Assembly (NCBI GenBank): GCA_030141605.1
Contig: JAQGDQ010000422.1
Span: 43,423 to 107,422, forward strand
Origin: Tubiluchus corallicola
Taxonomy: Eukaryota; Animalia; Priapulida
Length of the DNA stretch: 64,000 bases
Direction of reading: 5' to 3'
This document shows positions 13,577 to 27,799 of the stretch, one piece after another. Every line of letters starts with the position of its first letter. Positions within the stretch are counted from its first letter, which is position 1. Under the pieces are notes generated by a model that was not told the DNA's origin, did not search any database, and worked only from the letters and a program-made list of their open reading frames with translations. The translations under genes and the position numbers were made by a program.

Positions 13577-13880
13577 TAAGATTCGAGGCTACACCTCGGA
13601 CGACTGCACCATTTGCGGCGATCTATATATCAAACGAAAGGTCTCGATCTAGAATCGAGCAACGGGGGGCGAAAAACCTCCAAAAACGGCCATTTTTCGG
13701 CCGTTTTTTGCATGAAAAAGTTTTTCAGTCATAATTCAAAGACAGCTGAAACTATAAATCTGTAACTTCTACAGACAAAAGTAATGCTCGTGGCATCAAA
13801 CTGTAAAATTTCAACTTTCAAGCGCACTTGTTTCTAATATTATTGCGGTCAGCACATTTTTTCTGAGCCACCCGATACAA
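13577..13880 (+). mobile_element. Interspersed repeat after a (TA)n run, related copy at ~15805-15960
   Basis: Shared ttcgaggctaca...caaacgaaaggtctc..tctag block. Confidence 0.6.
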
Positions 13881-15529
13881 ACAAAATATTTAGAAAGTCA
13901 GCCTTAGAAGCGGTGTTGTGATGATTCTGCGTTATCAGCTAAGATACCTGAGAACTTTTTTTACAATGTGCCGTAATTTTCCTAATGTTTTACAATATTT
14001 TCAATACAATTAGAACGTGTCAATGGTCAATATGTTAGAAACTTAATTAACGACCCCAAATGTATCAGCAGTGATTTTATAGAAAGTTCTTACCAAAGAA
14101 CCTACCTTTTTCGAATGCGTGAAATATGATAGAGCCAGAACTTCATTATTAGACGACCTACTCGACCAACAGATTGTAACAAGGCTTTGGAATGACATAA
14201 ATGATGAATTAAAAACTGTTCAGCCAATTCAAAAATTTAAAAAGAAATACAGAGCAATGATTCTCAACAAGTACAACACTTCCTAATTTCCCACACCTTC
14301 TGCAGCAGACATACCACAATCCTGGTACAGATTATGCAAAACAAGGCATCATTGATAAATCTTTAGAGCTGATGTCAACATAGCACAATCTATTATCTTT
14401 CTTCCTACCATTTCCACTAACACATCCTTCTACCCTTCCTGTGTGATCTAACCTTTCTCCCAGTTCTTTTTTTTGTTCACTCATCCATTCTTTTTTATCG
14501 GGTTCACATGACAGTGGGCTTATACAAGCCTTTGCTTCTCTAGCCCACTGCAGTACAATTATTCTTTTATGATAACGATTGTGTATGAAACATAACAATT
14601 TATTACAGTATGACGTAATAATTTTGATGTCACTGTGTGCTTAATGTCATTATATTGTACTGAGTGTGATAATAATAATAAATAAAAAAATAAAAATAAA
14701 AAACACGCGAATCTTTACAAAATCAAAATCCTGTAGTTTTAAACAGAAACATATTCGAAAAATCCGTAAATCTTGCTTTATTATCCATAGTTTATTAAAT
14801 CAACCTTTCACTTTACAATACAATCGAATTTACTGTTAAATGATTAACCAGCCAACTTACTTTGTAAATGTATTTTTATTATTACTGTTGTTATTAAACT
14901 ACTGTGTTTATACTGTTCATGTATGTAAGTTTAATTACCATCTGCTGATTGGAATTGAGTCAAATGTTTTATCAAATCAAGTGTCGTAATTATTAGTTGT
15001 GATGTTCATTATTTTTTTTTATTAGCATTGTGCACCGTAGAGATACGTGTATCAGACCCAGTCTGTTTTGTAAATTTCCACTGTAAATAAATAATGTTAA
15101 AAACTAAACTAACTGATGACAAACCAGTGCATCCAACAAAGCATTGTGGTAGGCGCGACAGCACTGCAACCTAGGTTGCATCTCCAGTAAGGTCGCTTGA
15201 TGGATGATCTCTATCTTTCTCATTTAATAAAGAATTTAGCTGTGATATTATTTTAACTTTTGCTGTGTGTTTGCTACCAAACTAGAGATATAGCTATAGT
15301 TGAAAAAATTGTTAGCGATAGCTTCAAATTCTTTTTGAAATTCTAGCAAAAGGTTCAGCTACAAATGTTTGAAAAAGTAGGTAGAACCTTTACAGTAACG
15401 TAAGTAGCTGCTTCAAATTTTTTTGGTGTCACGGTAGGGGGCGCACGGTGTCACAGTCGAGTAGTTACTAAACCAGGACCGGATTAAGACGTGTTGATAC
15501 CCTAAGCACACCCAGCACCTGGTGCCCCG

Positions 15530-15532
<3 letters not shown>

Positions 15533-15613
<81 letters not shown>
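15533..15613. repeat. (CT)n microsatellite
   Basis: Direct. Confidence 0.95.
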
Positions 15614-15616
<3 letters not shown>

Positions 15617-16657
15617 AAAAGCATACGTATTATGTGATACAAGATTACAAATTATTCGACATGATACGTACACAGCCGAAGCCACGCAAAAAATTTTGCA
15701 TATAAATTTACTTCTAATCAACAAAGGTAAAATAAGATATTATAAGATATATATAAGAACCTATAGACGAATCTATGTAAAATATATATAAAATGTTAGA
15801 TGTATATGGTTCGAGGCTACAGCTCTAACGACGGCACCATTCTCGGTGAGCCCATGTCAAACGAAAGGTCTCAATCTAGTGTCGCCTCATTCGGGGATTA
15901 TTTTTCGAATCGCGCCCACCGGGAGGAAGGGGGGGGGGGCAAAAAATTCCTAAAATTGACAGTTCTGTTACTACTAACATATTGGTTAGTTTGTGGAGTA
16001 TAGCATAGCTTCATGCCAATCAAGATGTGTAATCTGTTAAGGTATCATTTGTATAATGTTATATCCTATATCTTTTGACTATTATCTACTGAATTGCAAT
16101 TCGGGGCTGTTTCTGAATTCTGGTAAATTTCTTTGTTTTAAATGCCTTGATAGTGAATAGTTTGTTTAGTGATAAAATTTGAACAGTGATAACATCATAT
16201 ATAATAGTGAATATATAAAACCGAAACTTTTTGCATACGGAGCTGATAACTTTGCATAAATACTTTCTTTTACAAAACTGTTGTGTTTTTTTAAACGAAT
16301 TTCTCGATGTCAATCTCTTGTGTATTTTGAACATTTTGTAAATTTCTGTACTATTTGTAATCATGTATATTTCTAATTTAATTCTTAACGTTTTTGCATT
16401 GTGTGTTATACTGCGTGCATTTTGTAATTTTTCCAATTTATTTGAATATAGTTTTAATTTAGTTTTAAGTCTATGACGCTATTGCTCTTGTCAGTTTTTC
16501 TAAACTTGTTACATACAAGTTTTAATATAAATATTATTTAATTTTATGCTTACATTGTGTGTAACATTTTAGCAATAACAAATGAATGTTCGAAACCGGT
16601 CGGCAATAAATTCTTTTTGACGTAATTCCATTTTTGAAATTTGCCGCTTCTTTCCCT

Positions 16658-17243
16658 TTAAAGCAAAACCGGACCCATTGTTATTAAACTAAAGGTCAAA
16701 ACGATCTACTCTTTAGAATATTTAAAGGAAACATACTATTATTTCATATATTACTTATGATATATGAAAGCATTATTACCACATAAATACAATGCACGTT
16801 TACATTTCGCCATTCGCTAATTAGACGGGCACTAGCGCTTGCATTTCGGAAATGCATTGCACCAAAAACAGGTGCTGTACCTATCAGTTAAGAGGTGTTC
16901 GTTTGTGACGAACTACACACGTTCGACAGCTCAAGCGTGAGGCACAGTGGCAAATTTGAAATTTGAATTTTTATCTTAAAACTTGCCTAGTTCTAGTACA
17001 ACGCACTGAATATCTTACAGTAGCACTGTAGTTCAAATTTCGCTTTCGCAAACATTTTTGCTGTTGAAAATTATGTTAGTTTGTGATGTCATCATCAATA
17101 GTAGGGCTCGCCCCGTTAATTAAGTTTTTAATCTATTATTTAATTATCAGAAACACTTTTGCAGTATTAATTGTGTTAAAATGTAAACTTTTTAATGGAC
17201 TTGAAAATGGGGTAGTATATGAAAAATCATTGTCTTTCTTTTA
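16658..17243 (+). mobile_element. Kolobok-like MITE family A copy
   Basis: Starts ttaaagcaaaaccggaccc; colinear with 5859-6485. Confidence 0.8.
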
Positions 17244-17859
17244 GGTCTCCCTGCTCGTAGAAAAGTCTGATGCGGTTTAAAACACTGGATCTAGGTCAAT
17301 CCAGACATGTTTAAATGAGAAAGTCACAACATACTGTTTACACAGGGCAACTTTCACAAAACGTGCCAAAACATTCCTAGCCAGACGCAGAACTCAGCAA
17401 CACAATACACAAGAATGCAATCGAGGGTATTGCTATTTATAGCAACGCTTTTAAACCGCAGTAGGCCCCACTTTCTGGGTCACCTCTGTAACCATAGGAG
17501 CCCACTTAAGAGATTGCGAAATGTCTCGGGATTAAGTGCGCCCTCCAAGTGATTCATTATTAAAGATAAACATAAAAACTTGTTGAGAATGAGCTGCATG
17601 AAACGTTAGTCTCGTTGAAAAGAAAAAGCTTTCAAATTGGTACAGTTGATGTTAATTTGAGTTTTCGTCACAGTCAAGGATTCAAAAAAAGTTTGGAGAA
17701 TTACGGCTAGTAATTACAGTAGCTGGTGTGGAAAAGGCGCTCCTACATTGGGAGGATGAATTGAGGAGGAAAGTTTCCGAGTCAAAGTGTAAAAAATACT
17801 AAGCACTTAATTAAGCAACTGGTATAAAGTAAACATATTAATACTACTGTTATAAATAT

Positions 17860-20105
17860 CAGACCGTAACTGCTATAAAGTGAACAGAGCCATACTACTG
17901 GTACAAACATTAGACCACAACTGCTATAAAGTGAACAGAGCCATACAACTGGTACAAACATTAGACCACAACTGCTATAAAGTGAACCGAGCCATACTAC
18001 TGGTACAAACATTAGACCACAACTGTTATAAAGTGAACAGAGCCATACTACTGGTACAAACATTAGACCACAACTGCTATAAAGTGAACAGAGCCATACA
18101 ACTGGTACAAACATTAGACCACAACTGCTATAAAGTGAACCGAGCCATACTACTGGTACAAACATTAGACCACAACTGCTATAAAGTGAACCGAGCCATA
18201 CTACTGGTACAAACATTAGACCACAACTGCTATAAAGTGAACAGAGCCATACAACTGGTACAAACATTAGACCACAACTGCTATAAAGTGAACCGAGCCA
18301 TACTACTGGTACAAACATTAGACCACAACTGCTATAAAGTGAACAGAGCCATACAACTGGTACAAACATTAGACCACAACTGCTATAAAGTGAACCGAGC
18401 CATACTACTGGTACAAACATTAGACCACAACTGCTATAAAGTGAACCGAGCCATACAACTGGTACAAACATTAGACCACAACTGTTATAAAGTGAACAGA
18501 GCCATACTACTGGTACAAACATTAGACCACAACTGCTATAAAGTGAACCGAGCCATACAACTGGTACAAACATTAGACCACAACTGTTATAAAGTGAACA
18601 GAGCCATACAACTGGTACAAACATTAGACCACAACTGCTATAAAGTGAACAGAGCCATACTACTGGTACAAACATTAGACCACAACTGCTATAAAGTGAA
18701 CAGAGCCATACTACTGGTACAAACATTAGACCACAACTGTTATAAAGTGAACCGAGCCATACTACAGGTACAAACATTAGACTACAACTGCTATAAAGTG
18801 AACAGAGCCATACAACTGGTACAAACATTAGACCACAACTGCTATAAAGTGAACCGAGCCATACTACTGGTACAAACATTAGACCACAACTGTTATAAAG
18901 TGAACAGAGCCATACAACTGGTACAAACATTAGACCACAACTGCTATAAAGTGAGCAGAGCCATACTACTGGTACAAACATTAGACCACAACTGCTATAA
19001 AGTGAACCGAGCCATACAACTGGTACAAACATTAGACCACAACTGCTATAAAGTGAACAGAGCCATACTACTGGTACAAACATTAGACCACAACTGTTAT
19101 AAAGTGAACCGAGCCATACTACTGGTACAAACATTAGACCACAACTGCTATAAAGTGAACCGAGCCATACAACTGGTACAAACATTAGACCACAACTACT
19201 CAAAAGTGAGCAGAGCTATACTACTGGTACAAACATTAGACCTCAACTGTTATAAAGTGAACTGAGCCATACTACTGGTACAAACATTAGACCACAACTG
19301 CTATAAAGTGAACAGAGCCATACAACTGGTACAAACATTAGACCACAACTGCTATAAAGTGAGCAGAGCCATACTACTGGTACAAACATTAGACCACAAC
19401 TGCTATAAAGTGAGCAGAGCCATACTACTGGTACATTGTTTTGGGGGTTTGTGTGTGGTACTGGTATTGTGTGAGTGAACAGCTACTACTGGTACAAACA
19501 TTAGACCACAACTGTTATAAAGTGAACAGAGCCATACACTGGTACAAACATTAGACCACAACTCTTAAAGTACAGAGCATACTACTGGTCAAACATTAGA
19601 CCTCAACTGTTATAAAGTGAACCGAGCCATACTACTGGTACAAACATTAGACCACAACTACTCAAAAGTGAGCAGAGCTATACTACTGGTACAAACATTA
19701 GACCTCAACTGTTATAAAGTGAACCGAGCCATACTACTGGTACAAACATTAGACCACAACTGTTATAAAGTGAACAGAGCCATACAACTGGTACAAACAT
19801 TAGACCACAACTGCTCTAAAGTGAGCAGAGCTATACTACTGGTACAAACATTAGACCTCAACTGTTATAAAGTGAACTGAGCCATACTACTGGTACAAAC
19901 ATTAGACCACAAATGCCTTATGGTGAACCGAGCCATACAACTGGTACAAACATTAGACCACAACTGCTCTGAAGTGAGCAGAGCTATACTACTGGTACAA
20001 ACATTAGACCACAAATGCCATATAGTGAACAGAGCCATACTACTGGTACAAACATTAGACCACAAATGCCATATAGTGAACAGAGCCATACTACTGGTAC
20101 AACAC
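17860..20105. repeat. 51-bp minisatellite (ctgctataaagtgaacagagccatactactggtacaaacattagaccacaa), ~43 copies
   Basis: Direct; 17-aa periodic ORFs on both strands; no spacers, so not CRISPR. Confidence 0.97.
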
Positions 20106-20610
20106 ATTAAATCTACCGTTATAGTTTCGCCAGTTCTGTGACATATAAATATCTAATGTATGATTACTATTAAAATATTAGCAAAAGTTAATTAATTTAC
20201 AATGTGTAATGTGCTGCTGACGGCTGCTCGCCACAAGCACGCGTACACAGTAGAAACCGGTCGCCAGGCTGTTTAGATTAATAAATCCAGACGCCAAATC
20301 AAATCAAATCAACAACAAACTCAAGTCAGCCATTGGCTCATAAGAAGTGACCAAAATAAACTCAATTTAGCCTAAACTGACATGATGCTTCGGGTTAGGT
20401 TAAACACACAGATCGTGTAAAAGGAGTTTATTCAAGCAGCGAAATTGATCTTACTGAATCCAATGTATTGATGAGGTTAATGTGGCTTTAAACAGGACGT
20501 CTGACCACTAACACTGAAAAGCTGACAAAATGAAACAGCCATCTAGAGATTGAAATCTTTTTGCTGATTATTCATAACGTGACATAGATGCTTTACACAT
20601 ATAAACTAAA

Positions 20611-21790
20611 GTGTCTGGTGCTTTCAGACAAAGCTGTACCAAACTAAATGACTTAAACTTTGCCTACGTGTCTGATAAGCTGAAAATATTCCAATCCTAT
20701 AAATACTTAGGGGTAGAATTCTTTGCGTCTGGTGCTTTCAGGCAAAGCTGTACCAAACTAAATGACTTAACTTTGCCTATGGGTCTGATAAGCTGAAAAT
20801 ATTCCAATCCTATAAATACTTAGGGGTAGAATTCCTTGCGTCTGGTGCTTTCAGGCAAAGCTGTACCAAATTAACAGACAGAGGCCTAAAAGCTTTAAAT
20901 TCCATGAAAAAGTACATCTCAAACTGCGTAAACCCACATACTATTACCAAATTATTTGAACATACTGTTGAACCAATCATGCTATTAAAATTAGAACCAA
21001 TTCCTCACACGTTCAAACTAAATTTGACAATGTGCCAAGCGAAGAGGCCAATGTTAAATTATGCAGATTTCATTTGAATGTCAACAACAAATCAAGCAAA
21101 TATGCGACTAGAGCAAAACTGGGCCTTTTCCCAACTTTTATTAAAATAATTAAGGACACAATCCACTACTGGATACATGTTATTAGCCAACCATAGGATA
21201 GTTATGCATACCAAGCTTATAAAAAACCGAACCTTAGCTGAGAACTATTTTTGTTGGACTACTTTTGTTAAGTATATACTATGTATATGGCTTTGAACTT
21301 GTTTGGAATAACCAGACAACGTTTTACCTAAGCGACTACTTAGTAAATTAGAGGAAAAATATAAACTGATTATACTCTATCTTGGAAAGAAGAAATCCAT
21401 AATGATAACAAACCTGATGGATAAAACAAACTGTGAACGTATCGAATCTTACAAATATGCTATAAAAATTTTCAAAATGAGAATCAGCTCTCATACTTTG
21501 TGCATTGAAAGAGAGAGGCAGGTCAAACCTGTAAAAATCCCAGCTGAGAATCGTATCTGCTCATACTGTTTAAGAAATGAAATCGAAGACGAATTACACT
21601 TTGTTATAAAATGCCCAAATTACAATGATCTTAGAGGAAAATTATATAATCACATCAATGTAATTAAACCAGATTTTTTCTTATGACCGATGCTGATAAA
21701 TTTGTATTCTTGATGAGAAGTAATGATTTAGAAGTAATTAAGGCATTTATTAATTATGCCGAAAAAGTGTTTTTAAGACACGATGAACAA
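20611..21790 (+). mobile_element. Degraded LINE ORF2 3' part (RTEX-like) with an internal ~114-bp duplication
   Basis: YKYLG RT motif (twice); C-terminal MRISSHTL..IER...RICSYC..EIEDELHF..KCPNY zinc-knuckle-like motif; frameshifts. Confidence 0.75.
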
Positions 21791-21949
21791 TATACTATGT
21801 AATGATCATATCATTGAAAATGAGGCCTAATGAATGACTTGTTTTTTCTTCTATTGTATGTATTTTTGACACTAGTAAATAAATATCTTGAATATCTTAA
21901 ATGGTAGCTTAACATCTTACTACATTTCTGGCCTGATAAACAGAAAGCA

Positions 21950-22248
21950 AACTTCGTCTTTTCGAACGTGTGTAGTTCATCACAAATTAACACATCTGAA
22001 CTGAGAGGTACAGCATTTATTTTTTGTGCAATGCGTATCTGAAATGCAGGCGCTAGTGCTCGTCTAATTAGCGAATGGCGATATACATGTAGCAGCGAAG
22101 AACTAGTGGCGCGAGAGTGAAATTGTGTTTGTGTGGTAATGATTCTTTCACGTAAGTCATTTTTGAAAAAATAGCATGTTTCCTTTCAATATTTTATAGG
22201 GTAGATTGTTTTGGCCTACAGTTTAAGATTGGGTCCGGTTTGCTTTAA
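21950..22248 (-). mobile_element. MITE family A, partial
   Basis: Ends gggtccggtttgctttaa, the reverse complement of the family A start. Confidence 0.8.
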
Positions 22249-25200
22249 ATCACGTAATGAACCCTAACGTTGCAGTTGCAGTTGCAGTTTTCGTCGTCTT
22301 GACGGCCTGCCAAAGTACGACCGAGGTTGCGATGTTGTTACAGCAACCCTAACACACTTGCTTTTATTGCTTCAGCACAGTAGAAAATGCTGGAATTATA
22401 GGTTACAGTGTGAAGCCTGTAAAAAATTGTGCACAATAAAAAATATAGGCCAAAGTCTAATAATGGTAGACAGAATGACACGTGACTTGAAAAGATTCGT
22501 TCTGTAACAGAAGCTCAACACTCAAGATTTGTGCCAATCGACTAATTTATGAAACCTCTTGCCAATTATTATGTAACAAATTCGAGAATCGAGACTCAGC
22601 ACTGAGACTAAAATTTCTTACTACTTACTAGAAAAAAATATTTCCCACATGGTGTTAAATAAATAAATCTCATCTAATGGCAGCGCAAAATAAACTTTAC
22701 TGGTTAAAAGCCACACAAATTACCACAATTTAGCATTGCAGGGCACGCGTAATAGAGAAACAACGGCATTGCATTACAGAGGAGAATAAGACTTCTCTAA
22801 AGCTAATGGAAAACCTGCGTGATATTCAAAAAATTTCAGTAATGATGTTATTGTTGCCATTTGTTTTATCAAAGGGAAGAATTTTGATTAAAGATAACGG
22901 CGTCAGAAATATCAGTTGTCGTAGAATTTAAGCTTTTTAGCTAAACTCAAACTGAACCTTCAGTATAATAAAAGCTTTCGCAACTTAGATCCTACTCTCA
23001 TTACGAATATTCAATTTATTTGATTACGAACTTACTGTGAAACTTCAGCCTTTTGATTTTCATCACTTCGTTGTTAGGGGTATTAAATTTGAAGAACCGT
23101 CATTTTTATTGCGCGAGACTCATGACGTCATGAGTACAGTCACGAGATCACCAAGAATCGGTTACCAAGGACGCTTTCTGCACCCCGTACGTCATTCGCG
23201 ATCTTTACCGCAATGCACGATGTCGGAATTCGCCAGAAGTTATTTAATTAATCAGTCTCTTTTGTTTAGTAACAACTATGAATTCGGTTAATAATGCGGG
23301 TATTTGTACAGGTTTCATCAGCTAAAATTAACAATAGCAAGGCAACGTTAAAGCATAATCGGACTACATCGTAAACCACAGTTTATCTGAAAACGATCTG
23401 CCTTATAAAATATTGAAAGGAAACATGCTATTATTTCAAAAATGATTTACGTGAAAGAATTGTTACCACACAAACACAATTTCACGTTCGCGCCACTAGT
23501 TCTTCGCTGTTACATGCATTTTGCCATTCGCTAGTTAGACGGGAACTAGCGCCTGCATTTTGGAAACACAAAAAACAGGTGCTGTACCTCTCAGTTCAGA
23601 TATGTTACTTTGTGAAGAACTACACACGTTCAACAGGTCATGCATGAGCACAACGGTATATTGGAATTTGAATTTTTATCTTAAAACTTAGCTAGCTTTA
23701 GTACAACACACTGAATATCTTACAGTGGCACTGTACTTCAATTTTCACTTTCACAAACACGTGCAAAACTTACTCCCCCTGGAATATTTTAGCTGTTGAA
23801 AGTTATATTAATTTGTAGCATCATCAATAGTTGGGCTCGCCCGCCGTTAATTAAGTTTTTAATCTATTATTTAATTATCAGAAACGCTTTTGCAGTATTA
23901 ATTGTGTTAAAATGTATACTTTTTATCGGATGGTATCCTGTCTTTATTTTGCGAAAGCAAAAATTGACATCACAAACTAATATAATTTTCAAGAGACAAA
24001 TATTCCACGAATGTGTTGTACGTGTTCGCGAAAGCGAAAGTTCAAGTAAAGTGCTACTGTAAGATATTGAGTGTGTTGTACTAAAACTAGTCAAGTTTTA
24101 AGATAAAAATTTAAATTTCAAATTTACCACTGTGCTCGTGCTCACGCATGAGCTGTCGAATGTGTGCAGTTCGTCACAAACTAGCACATCTGAGCTAAGA
24201 GATAGCACTTGTCTTTTGTGCAATGCGTTTCAGAGATGCAAGCGCTAGTGTCCGTCTAACTAGCGAATGGCGAAATGTATGTAACAGCGAAGAGCTAGTG
24301 GCGCGAAAGTGAAATTGTGTTTGTGTGGTAATAATTCTTTCACGTAAGTCATTTTTGAAAAAATAGTACGTTTCCATTCAATATTTTATAGGGTAGATTG
24401 TTTTGGCCTACAGTTTAAGATTGGGTCCGGTTTGCTTTAAATCACGTAATGAACCCTAACGTTGCAGTTGCAGTTGCCAAAGTACGACCGAGGTTGCGAT
24501 GCTGTTACAGCAACCCTAACACACTTGCTTTTATTGCTTCAGCACAGTAGAAAATGCTGGAATTATAGGTTACAGTGTGAAGCCTGTAAAAATTGTGCAC
24601 AATAAAAAATATAGGCCAATGTCTAATAATGGTAGACAGAATGACACGTGACTTGAAAAGATTCGTTCTGTAACAGAAGCTCAACACTCAAGATTTGTGC
24701 CAATCGACTAATTTATGAAACCTCTTGCCAATTATTATGTAACAAATTCGAGAATCGAGACTCAGCACTGAGACTAAAATTTCTTACTACTTACTAGAAA
24801 AAAATATTTCCCACATGGTGTTAAATAAATAAATCTCATCTAATGGCAGCGCAAAATAAACTTTACTGGTTAAAAGCCACACAAATTACCACAATTTAGC
24901 ATTGCAGGGCACGCGTAATAGAGAAACAACGGCATTGCATTACAGAGGAGAATAAGACTTCTCTAAAGCTAATGGAAAACCTGCCTGATATTCAAAAAAT
25001 TTCAGTAATGATGTTATTGTTGCCATTTGTTTTATCAAAGGGAAGAATTTTGATTAAAGATAACGGCGTCAGAAATATCAGTTGTCGTAGAATTTAAGCT
25101 TTTTAGCTAAACTCAAACTGAACCTTCAGTATAATAAAAGCTTTCACAACTTAGATCCTACTCTCATTACGAATATTCAATTTATTTGATTACGAACTTA

Positions 25201-26460
25201 CTGTGAAACTTCAGCCTTTTGATTTTCATCACTTCGTTGTTAGGGGTATTAAATTTGAAGAACCGTCATTTTTATTGCGCGAGACTCATGACGTCATGAG
25301 TACAGTCACGAGATCACCAAGAATCGGTTACCAAGGACGCTTTCTGCACCCCGTACGTCATTCGCGATCTTTACCGCAATGCACGATGTCGGAATTCGCC
25401 AGAAGTTATTTAATTAATCAGTCTCTTTTGTTTAGTAACAACTATGAATTCGGTTAATAATGCGGGTATTTGTACAGGTTTCATCAGCTAAAATTAACAA
25501 TAGCAAGGCAACGTTAAAGCATAATCGGACTACATCGTAAACCACAGTTTATCTGAAAACGATCTGCCTTATAAAATATTGAAAGGAAACATGCTATTAT
25601 TTCAAAAATGACTTACGTGAAAGAATTATTACCACACAAACACAATTTCACGTTCGCGCCACTAGTTCTTCGCTGTTACATGCATTTTGCCATTCGCTAG
25701 TTAGACGGGAACTAGCGCCTGCATTTTGGAAACACAAAAAAACAGGTGCTGTACCTCTCAGTTCAGATATGTTACTTTGTGAAGAACTACACACGTTCAA
25801 CAGGTCATGCATGAGCACAACGGTATATTTGGAATTTGAATTTTTATCTTAAAGCTTAGCTAGCTTTAGTACAACACACTGAATATCTTACAGTGGCACT
25901 GTACTTCAATTTTCACTTTCACAAACACGTGCAAAACTTACTCCCCCTGGAATATTTTAGCTGTTGAAAGTTATATTAATTTGTAGCATCATCAATAGTT
26001 GGGCTCGCCCACCGTTAATTAAGTTTTTAATCTATTATTTAATTATCAGAAACGCTTTTGCAGTATTAATTGTGTTAAAATGTATACTTTTTATCGGATG
26101 GTATCCTGTCTTTATTTTGCGAAAGCAAAAATTGACATCACAAACTAATATAATTTTCAAGAGACAAATATTCCACGAATGTGTTGTACGTGTTCGCGAA
26201 AGCGAAAGTTGAAGTAAAGTGCTACTGTAAGATATTGAGTGTGTTGTACTAAAACTAGTCAAGTTTTAAGATAAAAATTTAAATTTCAAATTTACCACTG
26301 TGCTCGTGCTCACGCATGAGCTGTCGAATGTGTGCAGTTCGTCACAAACTAGCACATCTGAGCTAAGAGATAGCACCTATCTTTTGTGCAATGCATTTCA
26401 GAGATGCAAGCTCTAGTGTCCGTCTAACTAGCGAATGGCGAAATGTATGTAACAGCGAAG
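22110..26460. repeat. Tandem segmental duplication, unit ~2.17 kb (~22110-24290 and ~24300-26460)
   Basis: Identical ORFs offset by 2166-2168 nt (23037/25203; 23796/25964); a few SNPs and indels. Confidence 0.92.
23348..24440. mobile_element. Tail-to-tail pair of family A MITEs (+ 23348-~23943; - ~23945-24440)
   Basis: Both outer ends are family A 5' termini with TTAA. Confidence 0.8.
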
Positions 26461-26610
26461 AGCTAGAGGCGTGAACGTGAAATTGTGTTTGTGTGGTAAT
26501 AATTCTTTCACGCAAGTCATTTTTGAAGAAAATAGTGTGTTTTCTTTCAAATTTTTAAACAGTAGATTGTTTTGACCTACAGTTTAAGATTGCGTCCGGC
26601 TGTGCTTTAA
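25514..26610. mobile_element. Second tail-to-tail pair of family A MITEs
   Basis: Duplicate of 23348-24440. Confidence 0.8.
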
Positions 26611-26629
26611 AGTTACTCACATTACTAAC

Positions 26630-26648
26630 CTGATTCTGTGTCAGACAT
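26630..26648 (-). CDS. Gene 1 putative first coding segment MSDTES(D); exon probably 26815-26630 including 5' UTR
   Basis: Acceptor tttttttcag| at 26815, ATG 26648, donor CAG|gttagt in phase 1, which fits exon 12406. Confidence 0.5.
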
Positions 26649-27799
26649 AGCTCAAAGTGCAGCCTCGACTTCAATAAACCAATTCAGAAAGATAAAAAAT
26701 CTAGTAATTTATTTTTGTCCATGTTGTAGCTGTATCACCTCGTAGCATGTGCAGGAAACACTGGGATTAGAACTTAAGACTTGACGTTAAAATCTTGCAA
26801 CTGAAAATTGCATATCTGAAAAAAAATATTTCAAATGAGCTATACTTTCGACATATTACTTTCAAAGACTAATTACAAAGGCATTTTCAGATCAAATGAA
26901 ATGAATTATTTGGTGTTGTCAGGACCTTTTTTGGAGAGAAAAGGCTATTGAATTTATAGGGCTCCTGTAGATGGAGCCACCCTGTAATTTGCTTTCACTC
27001 GTCTCGAATATTTTTTCTTGTGATATATTTCAGCAACATTTGCATAGCTGGGGGTTTCACATTTCAAATAAAAGGCCTTATCTCAAATGAGAAGTCACTT
27101 TAAAATTGATTTTCAAACTTTCTGCCTCCATTTTAAGTAGAAATTTTATTTTTGATTATATGAATTATTCAGCAATGCAAAATGTGGCCCTCTCCCAAGC
27201 TCGAGGGGCCCTAGGCTGCTGCCTGTGCTAGTCTATAGGGCAGCCGAGCCCTAGTTGTCATCATATCAACGTACTAGTCGATGTAAAAACGTATCCATAC
27301 TACTAACAATGTCTCCAGTGAAATTATTTAATCAATTACGTAACAATTAATTAAATATGATCATATGATTAATTGTGATTAGCTAGAGTAAACAGTAAAT
27401 AATTAAATCTTTATTTAGTTCATTTAATATACTAATATAAAATGTATGTCTTATATTAAGATACTGTATGGTGATTCAATGAACGATTACGGCAAAGATG
27501 ACTATGACGACAATTTTCATGATCACCTCTTCGTGCAAAAGTTTTGTGACTCGTCATTGTTAAAAACATCTTCTTGAGATCTCTAGAGAAACACAGCATA
27601 AATTTGTACAGCCTGTGTAAACATTCAGACTGGACTCGATATTGCAATTTAAACACATTAATCTCATTTTACCTTTTCTTATTTTTCCTTAACTTACCTC
27701 CTTACGGATCTACCAGTTTTGCCCACTCTGATTCATTCCAGTCTTATCTCATTTCCTCCACCTCGTCTCGTGTCGTCCCGCTCCATCCATCTCAACCAT

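Noticed and set aside
17782-20141. 473-aa and 461-aa repeat ORFs; possible CRISPR-like array
   Set aside because: Pure 51-bp head-to-tail minisatellite with no unique spacers and no cas genes; open frames follow from unit length divisible by 3
23037-23291. Duplicated 84-aa ORF (also 25203..25457) as a small gene
   Set aside because: Starts at GTG, lies in a repeat also found at ~53340-53560, and identity is explained by the tandem duplication
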